DNA of 58,546 bases, counting the filler, from Basidiobolus ranarum (lineage: Eukaryota), in assembly GCA_040143965.1 (NCBI GenBank). It is 8 parts of 8 records of this genome, joined end to end, with 100 filler letters (N's around TTAATTAATTAA, not from the genome) between each part and the next. Parts side by side here need not be neighbours in the genome. Positions count along the whole stretch, not along the records: positions 1 to 7,250 come from JASJQH010001156.1; positions 7,351 to 14,596 come from JASJQH010001157.1; 6 more parts are not named here. One strand, written 5' to 3'. Positions 1 through 11,943 of this stretch are shown in pieces (the stretch's first letter is position 1; each line of letters begins with the position of its first letter). Under the pieces are notes generated by a model. That model was not told the DNA's origin. It did no database searches and saw nothing but the letters and a program-made list of their open reading frames with translations. Position numbers and translations under genes: made by a program.

Positions 1-155
1 TAGAGATCAATACTTCTTAAATAGGTAAGAACCTTACCAACATCACACGCTGATAACGTAGATGCATAACTAACCTTATCTTGTAATTAATAGGTTTCTA
101 GCATATTTTACAACATGTCTCAATCAATCCACAACATGAATTTACTACAACGGAA

Positions 156-900
156 TTGGAACTCTCACATCTCGATACTCTTTTCAACATGCCCATCTTT
201 CTTTGCCGCCAGAACGATTGCCATGAACTCACTTCTTTGGCTCCAAATTTTAATGTTCAACCGGTTGACAGTATCAAAGCCCGAGAGAGCCTTGATGCTA
301 ATACTGATTTTACTGAACTCGAATCACTGAATTTTAGCAGTCACGATACCGCAAACGAAGTGGCTATTCTGTTACTCACCTCTGGCTCTACAAGAAATTC
401 AAAAGCTGTCGAACATAATAATGCAAATGTGATTATTGCAGCCAAGTACAAAGTTGATGATTATCAGCTGGAATCCACAGACACCATATTGAATTGAGTC
501 AGATGCGACCATGTGACTGGGCTAATTGAGAATCTCATTGTAGCAGGAGCAAATCAAGTTCAAGTAGCGGCATCAGTGATCACCTTCGAGCCATTGACAC
601 TTTTAGACATTGCTGAAGTATTCGAAGTAGGCTATACTTTTGTTCCCAACTTTTTATTAGCCAACATCGAGAAAGATCTTAGAACCAAGCTTCAGGTGAC
701 TTCTTCACAAGCACCACTCTATAATTTATCTAAGCTGAAGCGCATCAACTCTGGAGGAGAGGCCAATTTGGTAGATTTGGGGAATCAACTCTTACTCACA
801 TTGAAAGAAGTAAATCATAGCGCCAGGATTTGGAATGACAGAGACTTGCGCTGGCTGTATCTATAACAAACAGTTTCTATTTAGTGATGCTGGGAAGTAA
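156..900 (+). pseudogene. Disrupted adenylation domain of an NRPS-like (A-T-TE, AtrA/TdiA/MicA-type) synthetase
   Basis: A3-like motif LLLTSGSTRNSKAV; ILN*VRCDHV (TGA at 495-497 where the family has LNW..DHV); YTFVPNFLLA; SGGEAN; after a frameshift near 813, IIAPGFGMTETCAGCIYN. The frame ends at TAA 898-900 with no T/TE domain following. Confidence 0.85.
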
Positions 901-2315
901 TTTGGTTTACTTAATATGTTGAAAAGTCACAAGTCATATTTTTAATCACACTGGCTACGCTTCAAGTCTGGGGATTCGAGTTCTTCTGGTTCTTCTAACG
1001 AAGGCGGCTGTTCTGCTTCAGTAGGCTGGTATAACTTTACCCAGCATTTGAGTGGTGGCTGAAAGGATTTCACTACTGTAAAGATATTGGAAACATCTAG
1101 GATAGTAAGAAGTGGATGAGAATATGTGAGATTCTTTTCAACGTAAAATCAAACTATATGTTTACTTTAATTGTAGTATATGAGTTTATGTGTAAATTGG
1201 TCATTCTGTAGCAACCTTCTATCGTATTAAATGTATGGTAGTAAACTTACACCTAATGTCACAGAAAGCACTCTATCAGATGACCATTCGAGGCTGATAT
1301 ATGGAGCAATTCGATAGGAGCGTAATCAAAGATTCAGAATTACCCTCGAGTAAGAATCTAATATTTGAGAGATTAAGTGTGAGACTTCTATTGTTATATT
1401 AAGAAAGAGCCAACGTCACAAAGCTCTCTCCTTTGGCCTTTACGTTTCCCAATACTGATAGCATTGTTCTTTACATCAAATAATAGAATTTTCGAAGATA
1501 TGACAAACCATATGGCTCCTGAAGAAGTATGCATAAATATATTGTCTACTGGAGGATAACACTTATCAGCACACCTATGAAAGAACTTCGTGGTACCACT
1601 AGACGTCACTCTATAACAAGCTTATGCTGAATAAAGAAAATATCTCGAGTGGTGTTCTCCACATTGACCATAGACTCCCACCAGTTTAGTCTATATAATA
1701 GTATACTGACACTAATACTAGATGTTCTAGGGCATGGGTTCCTCCATAGGGTAGATGAAAAGAGACATATGGTTAAGTTATAGAATACTTCAATGTTAAC
1801 CAAGATAATGACATTAATGCAAGGGTGTAATAGTGTCATGGTCAGTATATAATATATTCCCTAATATAGCAACGGAATCTTTCAAATACACTCAACCAAT
1901 CGGAGATATATCTCATTCTCGTGGCATATTTGATGATGTTCAATCTTAATTGTTTCTTCATTAAAATATCTCATATTAATTATACAGCGCGGTTCTAGGG
2001 CACTTGTACACTGGGTTACTTGGTACAAAAGAAATTATGAGGGGAAATCCTCTTAGGGACACCGATTTGGAAGGAGATTTCCAAAGATCGCTTATGGAAT
2101 ATTTCCACTGGTACCACCTGAAAGGTTTCTTGGTAATAAAGGGACAAACAAATGACTATTCAGTAAGGCGCTTTATGACTTCATAGAAGTAACTAGATAG
2201 GATAAGAAGATTTGCATAAAAGATCCTTTTTCGAACCAAGAGATCGATATTCTTACTTGAAAAGACTTCTCTAGAAGAGAATTATCTTTACTTTCACACC
2301 ATCTGATCATTTGAA

Positions 2316-3121
2316 ATGATTAACATTCGAATCTTGTCCGTAGCTTTGACTGCTCTCCTTGTCTTTGTCTCTTTAAGTGAAGCTCATTCGTGGGTGGATT
2401 GTTTGGACTGGCGTTTCAAGAATTCAAAGAATAAAAGCTACAATGATAATGCCGGTGAATGTCGCGGATATGCTCGTAGATTCCCAGTTAAATATGGGAA
2501 GAATGGTAGCGTTACCCCCAAGAAGCCCTTTGGAACATTAGATAGTGATTGGCCTAGCCGTCATTATAAGCAATCAGAGGCACATCCTGGTAAGAAATCC
2601 GTAGTAATATATATATATATATATATGTTGTCCAATATTCTAAATACCCTTTTGTTTGCTCAGATAACTGGCCCGCATGTTCTACCGGCAAACGTTATAA
2701 GAATGGAGAGAATGAAGAAGTCGGATCGGATGAGACTCGAGCAAATCCTGCTAGCAAAGCCTATGGACAGAACAAGTGGGGTCGCATGGCAATAAAGAAA
2801 CCTGGTCAACAATTATGTGTCCGCTGGCCTGCCAAGACTCATCAACATGAACCGAATAATATTGTTTACATCAACATGCCACCCAAGCCAACATCCAAGG
2901 ATCCAAGCCAAAAGGAAATGAACAAATGGACAATTGCCAAATTAAACTACGGTAATTGCTTCTCAGGTGGTTCCGACAAGGCACGCTGTGGCGGTTGCTT
3001 CAAGATTCCTAAGGATCGTAAGCCTGGAGAGTATCTCATTCAATGGAGGTGGAAGTTGAATGGCAGTGATGGCAAGCCTGAGTGGTACACTTCATGTGCC
3101 GACGTTAAAGTCAAGAATTGA
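2316..3121 (+). CDS. Secreted N-terminal-histidine (His-brace/LPMO-like) protein, 243 aa, 2 exons (2316-2589, 2664-3121)
   Basis: GT-AG intron 2590-2663 (contains an (AT)n tract) joins the two ORF-track pieces in frame. Signal peptide ends ...SEA/HSWVD. Later motifs WPAKTH, PGEYLIQWRW and EWYTSCADVKV resemble LPMO beta-sandwich motifs. Confidence 0.8.
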
Positions 3122-3619
3122 TTGAATTTGATGACAAACCCGAGTGGTACACTTCAAGTGTCGATAGTCAGAGATTTTTTGAATTTGATAATGCTAAGAA
3201 ATAAATCACTGATAACTTTAGCAACATTTCTATTTAATGCAATATATATGTAGTATAGAATTAATAAGTTGATTTAGTATTAATTATATGAATGGGATTC
3301 TTTGACCTCCAAGTTTTTTGCTATGCTAGTTACCAAATCTATTTCACTTGGTTGTGGTAATGCTATTTTCAATACTGAGTTGACTTTGGTGGGGTATGTA
3401 TCATATTTTGGGTTCCCATTCACCTATGATGACAACTAAGACTTTAACAAACCGAACCAAAGCTAAGAGTAAGCTAAGTGTTCTTAACATAGGTGTGATG
3501 TACTTACATATGTATGTTTATGAGTATATATATATGTATGTATACACAGTTACAACAAGCTCAGTTAGCGATAACCTGATTCATTTATCTACCAAGTATT
3601 TGGGTGAGTGTTCTTACGG

Positions 3620-3808
3620 TTAAGCATTTAGAACAATTGCTGCACCAGCATCAGCTGTCTTGACACAATCAGGTGTGTACGCATTAAGATCAGCTGGCTC
3701 CAAGAATTCGACAGGATTCTGCACCTTCAGAATCTGTTGATTACCAAGGCGTTGACTTATAGATGCGGCCGAGACAAGTGAGGCAAAGAGGAGGATTATA
3801 TACTTCAT
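3620..3808 (-). CDS. Small secreted protein, 62 aa (MKYIILLFASLVSAASISQR...)
   Basis: Signal-peptide-like N-terminus from the internal ATG at 3808, intact frame to the stop; no recognised family. Confidence 0.5.
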   Translation of the reverse strand: MKYIILLFASLVSAASISQRLGNQQILKVQNPVEFLEPADLNAYTPDCVKTADAGAAIVLNA

Positions 3809-5866
3809 TGTTGGTAGATAGGAAGATTTCCAAGCACGGTTATCGATATCGATATAGATGGATATGATCAGCATTGCTGATATACAAACAAATCTGAACC
3901 ATATTGTATTTATGAGGACCACCTGTAGATATAGTTTTGCGTTACTGCTCAAAGAAACAATTCATTACTAATAGTGTGGTGGTGACTTTGGTTATTGAGA
4001 ATGCGTGTCATGTAGATAATGTGACTCGATCCTCTAACTAATATTATTATCAATTGGCCACTGACTCTCACAACAACACCAACTTAATGGTATGGTTGGA
4101 TTGGCGCAAAACCCACCGGGGCATCAACAATTGTAATTTGATGTAGATATATACAGCTGTTGTAATGGCATGAAGATTATCAATCTGTGCGTAGTTCTAA
4201 CATGTGGAGCCTTGATTTGTGAAAATAGACTTTACTAGTAGTAACAAATTAGACCTGCGGCCTACTCTCCGGCAGTTACCAGTATTTACTTCTCAGAAAG
4301 ATGGTGAACATACTCAATAACTTCATAATGTTTGTTACGAAAACATTAATGACAACTAACTTGGTCTAACGATCTAAAGCTCATTACATATTCTGGAAAT
4401 AGCACATTGTGAGTAAATTGGAACATTGAGTAAAATAATTTGAAACAAATCAATTTGGCATGCAATGCACTACCCCAAAACTGGTGTTGTAACCTAGTCT
4501 TTAGTACTGGTTGAAAACTTCATTTTCTTTGCAAACAATGACTTGTGCATGCTTAACTTCATCTGGAGTCAATAAATTTTTATGGAAAGTATTAGATACG
4601 ATTAAATCTAAACTATTGAAAAGCTTCAAATCTCTTGAAATATGTAATCCAGCTAAGATTTAGCTTTCTGATACTAAAAACCCATAGCTAAGTGAATTAG
4701 AACTTGACCGTGACTGGAAGAAGCCTTATCCTACTTTGAATGACTGATAAAGCATTACCAATAATGGTATCAAGTATTTGTGCGATGGCCACTCAAAAAA
4801 CTGCTACATCAAAGCTAACGCATCTAAGGGACTAATAGTAGAACCTAGCTGTTAACCGTGGACTAGAAAATGCTAAGATAATGATGCAGATGGTGGTAAC
4901 ATTGGTGATTCATTAGAAAGCATTGTACTTGAGAAACTTGGCCTATACTTGGGTAACTGCGTTAAACCAGAGATAAATAGTTACCTGAAGGTGTTGACCC
5001 ATTTGTTGAAAGGCTAGTACACCAATACTAAGGCTGAGAGTAAAAATACCATGGAATTATTTAAAGACTCTTCCGAAGAACCAAGTAACTAGGCTAATCT
5101 ATTTATCAAGCTCTTTTTCTGTCAGGACGAGAGCATGATCGACGGAATTAAATATTGATCATTATTGGAATTCACTTGGCACGAATTGAGAAGCGAGATA
5201 TGATATATGGACCAAAAGTTGCAATGGTGGATCTATTTGTTAATAATAATAACAATCACCAGAGTATTCTTTGTTACTGTCATGACTGCCACCATATTTT
5301 GAGAAATGACTAGTAGCAGTATATACAGCCTCTACTTATGAATTAAACTTGAGGTAGTATTTGTACTTTCACCAACAACCTTGATTGTCTATTTCAGTAA
5401 TGAGTTTTAACTGCAAATCCTAAATATGACTTGATGTGCTTCTATTGTGACTCTTTAAACTATCTCTGCTATTGTTAAAGAGTCAAGCTAGACCTCTAAT
5501 AGTAAGAAATTCATTTTAAAAACACATGTAAATAAAGGACAAAGTGAAAATTGATACACATCAACAATTTGCTTTCTTAGCACGAACATGATTTTGAATT
5601 AAGATTTACTTGATAAAGGTCAAGTGCCAAGAGGATTAAACTAATTAAAGAATACTAGTCACACTATCCAATTTGAGCGATCTAAGCTAGTCTCTGCATA
5701 TAATTGACATTGGAATATTACCTAACCTTAGTTTACCGTATATAGACATGATAAAATGCAATATTATGTGGTGATACTATGAAGGGTCTAAATTCTTTAT
5801 AGATGTTATTGAAAGCAAAATTATCATAAAATTTCGCGTGAGCCCGATAGACATCTTCATATACAC

Positions 5867-6517
5867 TCACTTACAAGGAAATTCAAAGGCTGAGGCACCT
5901 GGATCACCAACTTTGATGTTGAAGAATCGGGTAGTGGTGAATGTTCTACGGTTGGGGGTCCAGAAATCGTAACGAACGAAAGTATTGTTGTGGTCGAGAA
6001 ATATAGACACTGGGATATTACCATGGAGAATATTCCATACTTGTACTTGGCCATGGATAGGGTCATCAGCAAGTCCAGCATATACACCATTACTACTAAT
6101 TAAAACATCAGTAGGGAATAGAGGAACCGAAGGCTCCACATAATAATCCATGCAAGTAGGATCTTTGGCGAGATTTTCATTGTAGGAAAACATTTTATTC
6201 GATACCAGTCCCTCTTTGGTTTGATTATTGTAATTAAACAAAGAGGATGAGAAGGACTTCTCATTAGCCAAATCCACTCTAACTTTCTTCTGAACAAAAG
6301 ACACATAGAAAGCTCCACTAGAGATATGACTAAGCTCCTTGTCCCATTTATGCTGCATATAGTTTGCAAAAAAATTGGCCTCTAACACTGGCGGATCAGG
6401 CTGCTTAAAAGTAGGTGAATAAGGTAGCATCGAGCTACTGTAAGTACCAGATGTTGAGCTTAAAAAGCTAGCAATTGAAAGTGCAGCACCGAGAAAAACT
6501 GAATTGGAATACTTCAT
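5867..6517 (-). CDS. Secreted hypothetical protein, 216 aa, possibly ependymin-related/LolA-like fold
   Basis: Intronless ORF with signal peptide. Pattern PP...F...G..Y......KVRVD ... FFNIKVG.P....F..PC recalls ependymin-like proteins. TATA-like TATAAAA upstream (~6570). Confidence 0.75.
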   Translation of the reverse strand: MKYSNSVFLGAALSIASFLSSTSGTYSSSMLPYSPTFKQPDPPVLEANFFANYMQHKWDKELSHISSGAFYVSFVQKKVRVDLANEKSFSSSLFNYNNQTKEGLVSNKMFSYNENLAKDPTCMDYYVEPSVPLFPTDVLISSNGVYAGLADDPIHGQVQVWNILHGNIPVSIFLDHNNTFVRYDFWTPNRRTFTTTRFFNIKVGDPGASAFEFPCK

Positions 6518-7250
6518 GGCAAGAGTAAGAATGAAAATGATCTGGTATGTTTAGTCACCAAAAACCCATTTTATAGAAGCCTATGATTACTGGTGCCAAG
6601 AAAGCAGCAAAAGAATAAAAATAGCCTTGCCTGAACTTAGTCGCCAAGATTTCAACACCATCTCGTTGGATCATAATAGTTAAAAAGCTATGTTATTTAA
6701 AAATAACCACAGTGGTTATTGTTACACATTGATTTGTAATGCATGTTGAATATCAACAATAGATCTTGGCATATGCAAAATTGGGAGAAATTCACCTTTT
6801 CAGAGTGATGATAGACTTGCATTGATTCAATATTCTTATAAATGTTCTTCAAAAACCAATAATACAGTAAATACCCCAATACTCTCATTTATCTCAATGC
6901 TTAATTTCCACGAGTAAAGTATATAACTAGTCCAAACATTAGGCTAGTAATATCCCACACGAACTATACCTCCGAAGTTTGTAAACATAGCTAGATCGGA
7001 ACTTTCATTTTAAGAGTCCACAATACTTCCCAGATCCAAACGAAGCTTAAGGGAGTACTGGGTTTTTTAGCTCAACAAGTGATGCTACCAATAAATTTGT
7101 AATCGATATCTTTTAAATTATTTAATTATGAGAGGAGGCAGGAGGCGGCGCATAGCGCTCACCTCCCACAAACAAAAATTTAACAGTCGAGACACCCCTA
7201 AGGATGTTCGCGTCAAGGACCCTGAGACGCTGTGCAATGCTCAATTTCCA

Positions 7251-7350
7251 NNNNNNNNNNNNNNNNNNNNNNNNNNNNNNNNNNNNNNNNNNNNTTAATT
7301 AATTAANNNNNNNNNNNNNNNNNNNNNNNNNNNNNNNNNNNNNNNNNNNN
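7251..7350. other. Artificial assembly spacer N44-TTAATTAATTAA-N44 (also 14597-14696, 21932-22031, 29266-29365, 36597-36696, 43922-44021, 51244-51343)
   Basis: Seven identical 100-nt spacers containing a six-frame stop linker; the flanking segments decrease monotonically in length. Confidence 0.97.
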
Positions 7351-7768
7351 TAGTCTGTCAATGTATGGTACTTTTGCATATCAGCTATACAAGCAACTGA
7401 TTGGCCTTAGACTTTGTGTTCAGATGCAGTCACCATACTCCATATTTTCCTCTTTGGGAATGACTGCTTGTACCACAAGTCACCAGACTTTCAACAAAGC
7501 CAACCTGTAAAATATTTTCAGAAAGGTCCCAGAAATATGTGCACAAGAGTTAGGATCTCTCAGACAGGTCTAAGAAAATCATAAAATCTTCAAACTTCCA
7601 AGTAGGTCTCAATACTTCAGGAATATTTCTAGTGAAGATATTGAATAATGACATAGTGATAAATAGGTGGCTAACTATATTACTATAGTGATGCTTGAGC
7701 TACATCATTTCCAACAATATTAGCAGTGCAGATCCAGACCAACATGTGTCTCAGAATTGCAAAGATTT

Positions 7769-8113
7769 AGTTGAAATTAGCATTGCCTAAGCAACTATAT
7801 AGTCATATATAACTTAGTACTTGGTTGTTTTAAATATAACTAAGATATCACCCACTATTCTCAATTGGATTTTACTTAGAATATTGACACCAACTTGGAA
7901 GTTCTCAGATATACAGATTTTCAAAATTATGCTAGAAGCCCCAAACCTGGCACACATGCTCCTAAGACCGTTATTACCACATTCTACACATTTTTAGCTT
8001 ACATCTTGACGAAACTATAAAAGTCAACTTTCTACTCATTAAATCAATGTGAAAACCACCAATTTCTCTGGTTCTCCAAACCACTTCCAACAGGCTCCCA
8101 AAATACTTTAGCA
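7769..8113 (+). mobile_element. Solo-type LTR of the ~350-bp copia LTR family
   Basis: Matches TGTTGAAATTAGCATTGCC...CCAAACCACTTCCAACAGGCTCCCAAATACTTTAACA family, with degenerate termini; no TSD seen. Confidence 0.85.
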
Positions 8114-9029
8114 TATACAACTTTAAATATAGACGCACAAACATCTCTACATATTTGATCCCAAAAAGCCCCAGTACCCTATGTGGAATGAATTGCTATG
8201 CTAGTGGAATACCAGCAGAAGTTACAAGTTGAAGGTCAGAATACCATTAGAGTATCAGCTCATATGAAATTGAATCAATTAGCTGAAAGCCCTGTGCAAA
8301 ATAGTCATAAGGCCAGCTGGAAAATGTATGAAAATGCCGGAACTACAAACATTCCAGTCTTTCACAGGGGTAACTATATTTTTAAGTATTTCCCAACAAG
8401 TTCATCAATCACGGTTATACTAATTCTTACAATGTTCAATCGTTATTGGCTATCTTGTGTGCTTAGGATATAGTTTCCTGTGAAACATGAGCATTGTGCG
8501 CCTGATTATTGATAAGAATATTTAGCAAATCCGATATTTACTTGTAGAAAAGAATCACCCTAGTTCCAACATCTGATATTTCTCAGAGATGTTGAGTGCA
8601 GACAAATCATTCTTTTTTGGATTTCTTAACACTCCTGAAATACGTGGTGTTCACTTTAATTATATGTACGTTGACATATTCTCAGCACAATAAATGCAAC
8701 TCAAAAGTTTTTTGCGAACTGAGACTGGGTTAATTCTATTTTCACAACGTATTTTAAACTATGAATATATATATAATATGCCATCAAAAATTAAGCATTC
8801 ATCAAGATAAAAAAGCTAACCCCCAGTATTGGTAACTCGATGACAGATTTTATTTCTATAGTTTAGTTGGATTTGCTAACCGAAGATCAGCAGAGGTGAT
8901 TGGTTGCTAGCTGATATTTCCTCGATTCCAATATCATCTTGTCAACAAAATTCCTGACTGGTTTTTGCATATCCTTTCAAAGGCTACTTTAGTAACTCTC
9001 GCTACAAACTCTGCTACTTTACATCGACA

Positions 9030-10397
9030 ATGGATTCTTTGCTCACTTTCAAACAAAAGGTCAACCCATGGACCACAAAAGTGTCCCAAAGCTTCGGTCA
9101 GGCTAGACAAGTATGCTTCTAAATTCAAATCAACCTAAACCTCAAATTGAAACATAATCATTCTGAAACACCTTTTAGATAGCTCAAGAGAAACTCGGCA
9201 ATGCTGAAATTACCCAACTCCCTCTCGAGTACATCGAATTAGAAAAGGTTCCACTATTTTATTTTGCTCCATCTTATTACTTCTCACAAGTATAGTTAAA
9301 CATCTTATTTCATCAAATAGAAAGTTGATGCCATCCGTAATCTTCACCTTAGTATGCTCAAGATCACTAAGGTCTATAGCACCGAAAATTACGATTTCCC
9401 TACCCAATTCCAAGATTCGGTAGCTGATTTCTCCCGAACTGTTGTTCAACGTGTCAATAGTATGAGAACTGGTGAACCAATTGTGGTTGGAAATGACGAG
9501 TCTCATTCACCTAAAACTTTGGCACATGGTTTATCTCGTGCTGCTGCTGATGGTGCTGAAGAAATCGGTATTGAAGAACCACTTGGTAAGTAAAGTGAAG
9601 CGGTGAATATTTTTTTTAAAAATCAAGAACTTATATTTATTGATATTCGAATGGATTAGGTTCTGCCTTGTTCAAGTATGCCACTATTCAAGAGAAGATC
9701 GGGGATGCTAGGAAAACAATGGTATTTTATCATATCGTAGATGGTATTTGGCTAAGTGTACACTACTAAACTTTTCGTTTAATAGGACTCTCAAATCACC
9801 AGAAAATTCTACGAACCTTTCAACACCACTCTTAATTCTACCATTCAATTTGCTTTGGTTTGTTATGTTCTGTATCTGTTAAGTATCTATCAGTCAAAGT
9901 ATTCAACTCGCACATTTCATATTCTTGTTGGTGGTAGAACGCCCGTCGACAGGTTCAAACGGCCAGAGTGAATCTAGATGCTAGTAAGAATGCACTTAAA
10001 ACAGCTAAACCCGACAGGATCAATCAGGTAACAAACAATTCCCTAGCAATGGTTTTCTTCGTTTAGTTAGTAATCTTAGTATCTGGAATAGATGAAGTGC
10101 GAGGTAGAACATGCGGAAGACCAGTTTGTTGCTTCCGTTGAAGAGGCCATAGAACTCATGAAGGCAGTGGTGGAAAGTGTGAGTATTTTCAATGTAAGAT
10201 ATTTCCTAGTATAATGATGATTGACAAACTCTTGATTTTACACATAGCCTGAGCCACTTCGTAACCTTGCGGACTTTGTAGCCTCGCAATTGACATTCTA
10301 CAAAGAAGCTTCAGAGCTATTATCCGATGTTGCACCTGATATAAATGATATTCAGATGACTCAAGAAGCAATCTTCAGGAATAGTAGGGATGAATAA
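9030..10397 (+). CDS. GVP36: Gvp36-like BAR-domain protein (multi-exon)
   Basis: Spliced peptides MDSLLTFKQKVNPW..., AQEKLGNAEITQLPLEYIELEK, KVDAIRNLHLSMLKITKVYSTENYDFP, PKTLAHGLSRAA, EVEHAEDQFVASVEEA, PEPLRNLADFVASQLTFYKEASELL; stop TAA 10395-10397. Confidence 0.88.
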
Positions 10398-11275
10398 GTT
10401 AGCCTGAATATCCCTAAATCCCCACCCGTTCATTTATCTAAAGATAGAACATCATCCCATTGTGAAAGACGAGAATTTGTACGATTTGAGTATTTTCTCT
10501 ATGTATTAATGCAATTGTGACAAATGTCGATGATTACTTCGAACTGTGATTTTTTTCATAAATTCTCTTTTTAGCCCACTTTTATTCGATATTGGAAGCG
10601 GGAAATAGGAGTATTGAATTACCCACGTGGGCAATCCACTTGGACCGAGGAATAGAATGTAGATCCATACAGATCGGAATAATTACTAAAGATATCGTTA
10701 ACAGTTTTTGGAGTATCATTAGAAATTCATTTTCACATTCCGATGTGAGTTCAGTTGCATTGAATTGAATTGGACACCGCTTTGTTTTCATTTCAATTTC
10801 GAGGAATTTTCACCCAACCACTCGCCAGATTGAAAGCAAAGATGGGAAAGATGAAAACAAAAGTACCTGATTTCACGTAGTACATATGTATTCCATATGC
10901 ATTCATGTGACCCTTTCTGTAACAACTACCATCACACAACCTTCACTGAAAAAGATTAATGAAAAGCAGGATACAGTTGGTACTATAATTGGCGTGAGTC
11001 GACCCTTTATCCAGATTAAAGTAAATACACTGGCTATGAGTATTAGAAAGGGAGCTAAATGGGGGGACAGACCCATGCACCAACCTGAAACCAGTAACGC
11101 ATTTCGAATATTAATGCAACCTCCCCATGACCCTAATTACCCCCATCCTGTTTGCATGGCTTGAGAGGCAACCGTATATAAAAGCAGAAGAATTGCCGAT
11201 TACAACATCAAAGGAAAATTGACTTGAACGGCTCACACATCAACAAAATCAACTGGTTTCCCACTCCGCCTCAAA

Positions 11276-11587
11276 ATGTCCCAGATTAGCACGAATTTTT
11301 TAGAAGATGCCCATCGTTACTACGAAATCTTATCTTCTCGTGAAGGTCAACTACCCAAGCCAGGAAACTCAACCCACAGACGACTACGTACACAGCGTAG
11401 CATTGAAGAAGCAAAAGCCTTCTGTTTAAAGAGTGAGTATCGTCGACCACTAACCTCCACCTCCAATGGGAAACCTCAAAAACGGGCCGCACCCAATGTC
11501 CGGGAATTAAGCACTCGTTTGGAGCAATATTTAAAATTAACTGTGGTACGCAATGTGGTTCCGTCTAGGGACCTATTGATAGTGTAG
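11276..11587 (+). CDS. Small basic hypothetical protein, 103 aa
   Basis: Good start context AAAATGTC, TATATAAAAG box ~100 nt upstream (11176), intact ORF; no domain recognised. Confidence 0.6.
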   Translation: MSQISTNFLEDAHRYYEILSSREGQLPKPGNSTHRRLRTQRSIEEAKAFCLKSEYRRPLTSTSNGKPQKRAAPNVRELSTRLEQYLKLTVVRNVVPSRDLLIV

Positions 11588-11943
11588 GTGTAGGATGTCG
11601 ACATCCCATTTCCTACTGTATTTCTGGTGTATCTATATAGGGTTTAACTGGTATTTTCCCTATATTGATTCCAATAATTGGATTCAGGTTTAATCCAATT
11701 TTCAGCCTTTCAACGGTACATGTAAATAATTTTCTTCGCTTGAAATATCAATTTTCACTGCGGCAGATTTTCTGGACTAATTTTAATTTGGTGAATGTAT
11801 ATCAAATAAATTCTTTCTGTTGACAGAATCTGATGTCTATTTGTATCTATATGTACGGGTCATCATTATTCCGGGTTAGTAAGGACATGTGGTTGGAGGA
11901 TAAGGGGGAGAACCTGATAATTTATCCAAGGCAACTGCCTATC

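Noticed and set aside
495-497. TGA read as Trp or Sec (alternative code or readthrough)
   Set aside because: The same relic has a frameshift and truncation, and TGA is used as a normal stop elsewhere (e.g. 3119-3121).
943-1350. Possible minus-strand exons (…CWVKLYQPTEAEQPPSLEEPEELESPDLKRSQCD*)
   Set aside because: Splice-like signals are present, but I could not build a consistent stop-free model or recognise a family.
7295-7306. TTAATTAATTAA recurring every ~7.3 kb as a periodic element or array
   Set aside because: Always centred in N-runs; it is a synthetic six-frame-stop linker.
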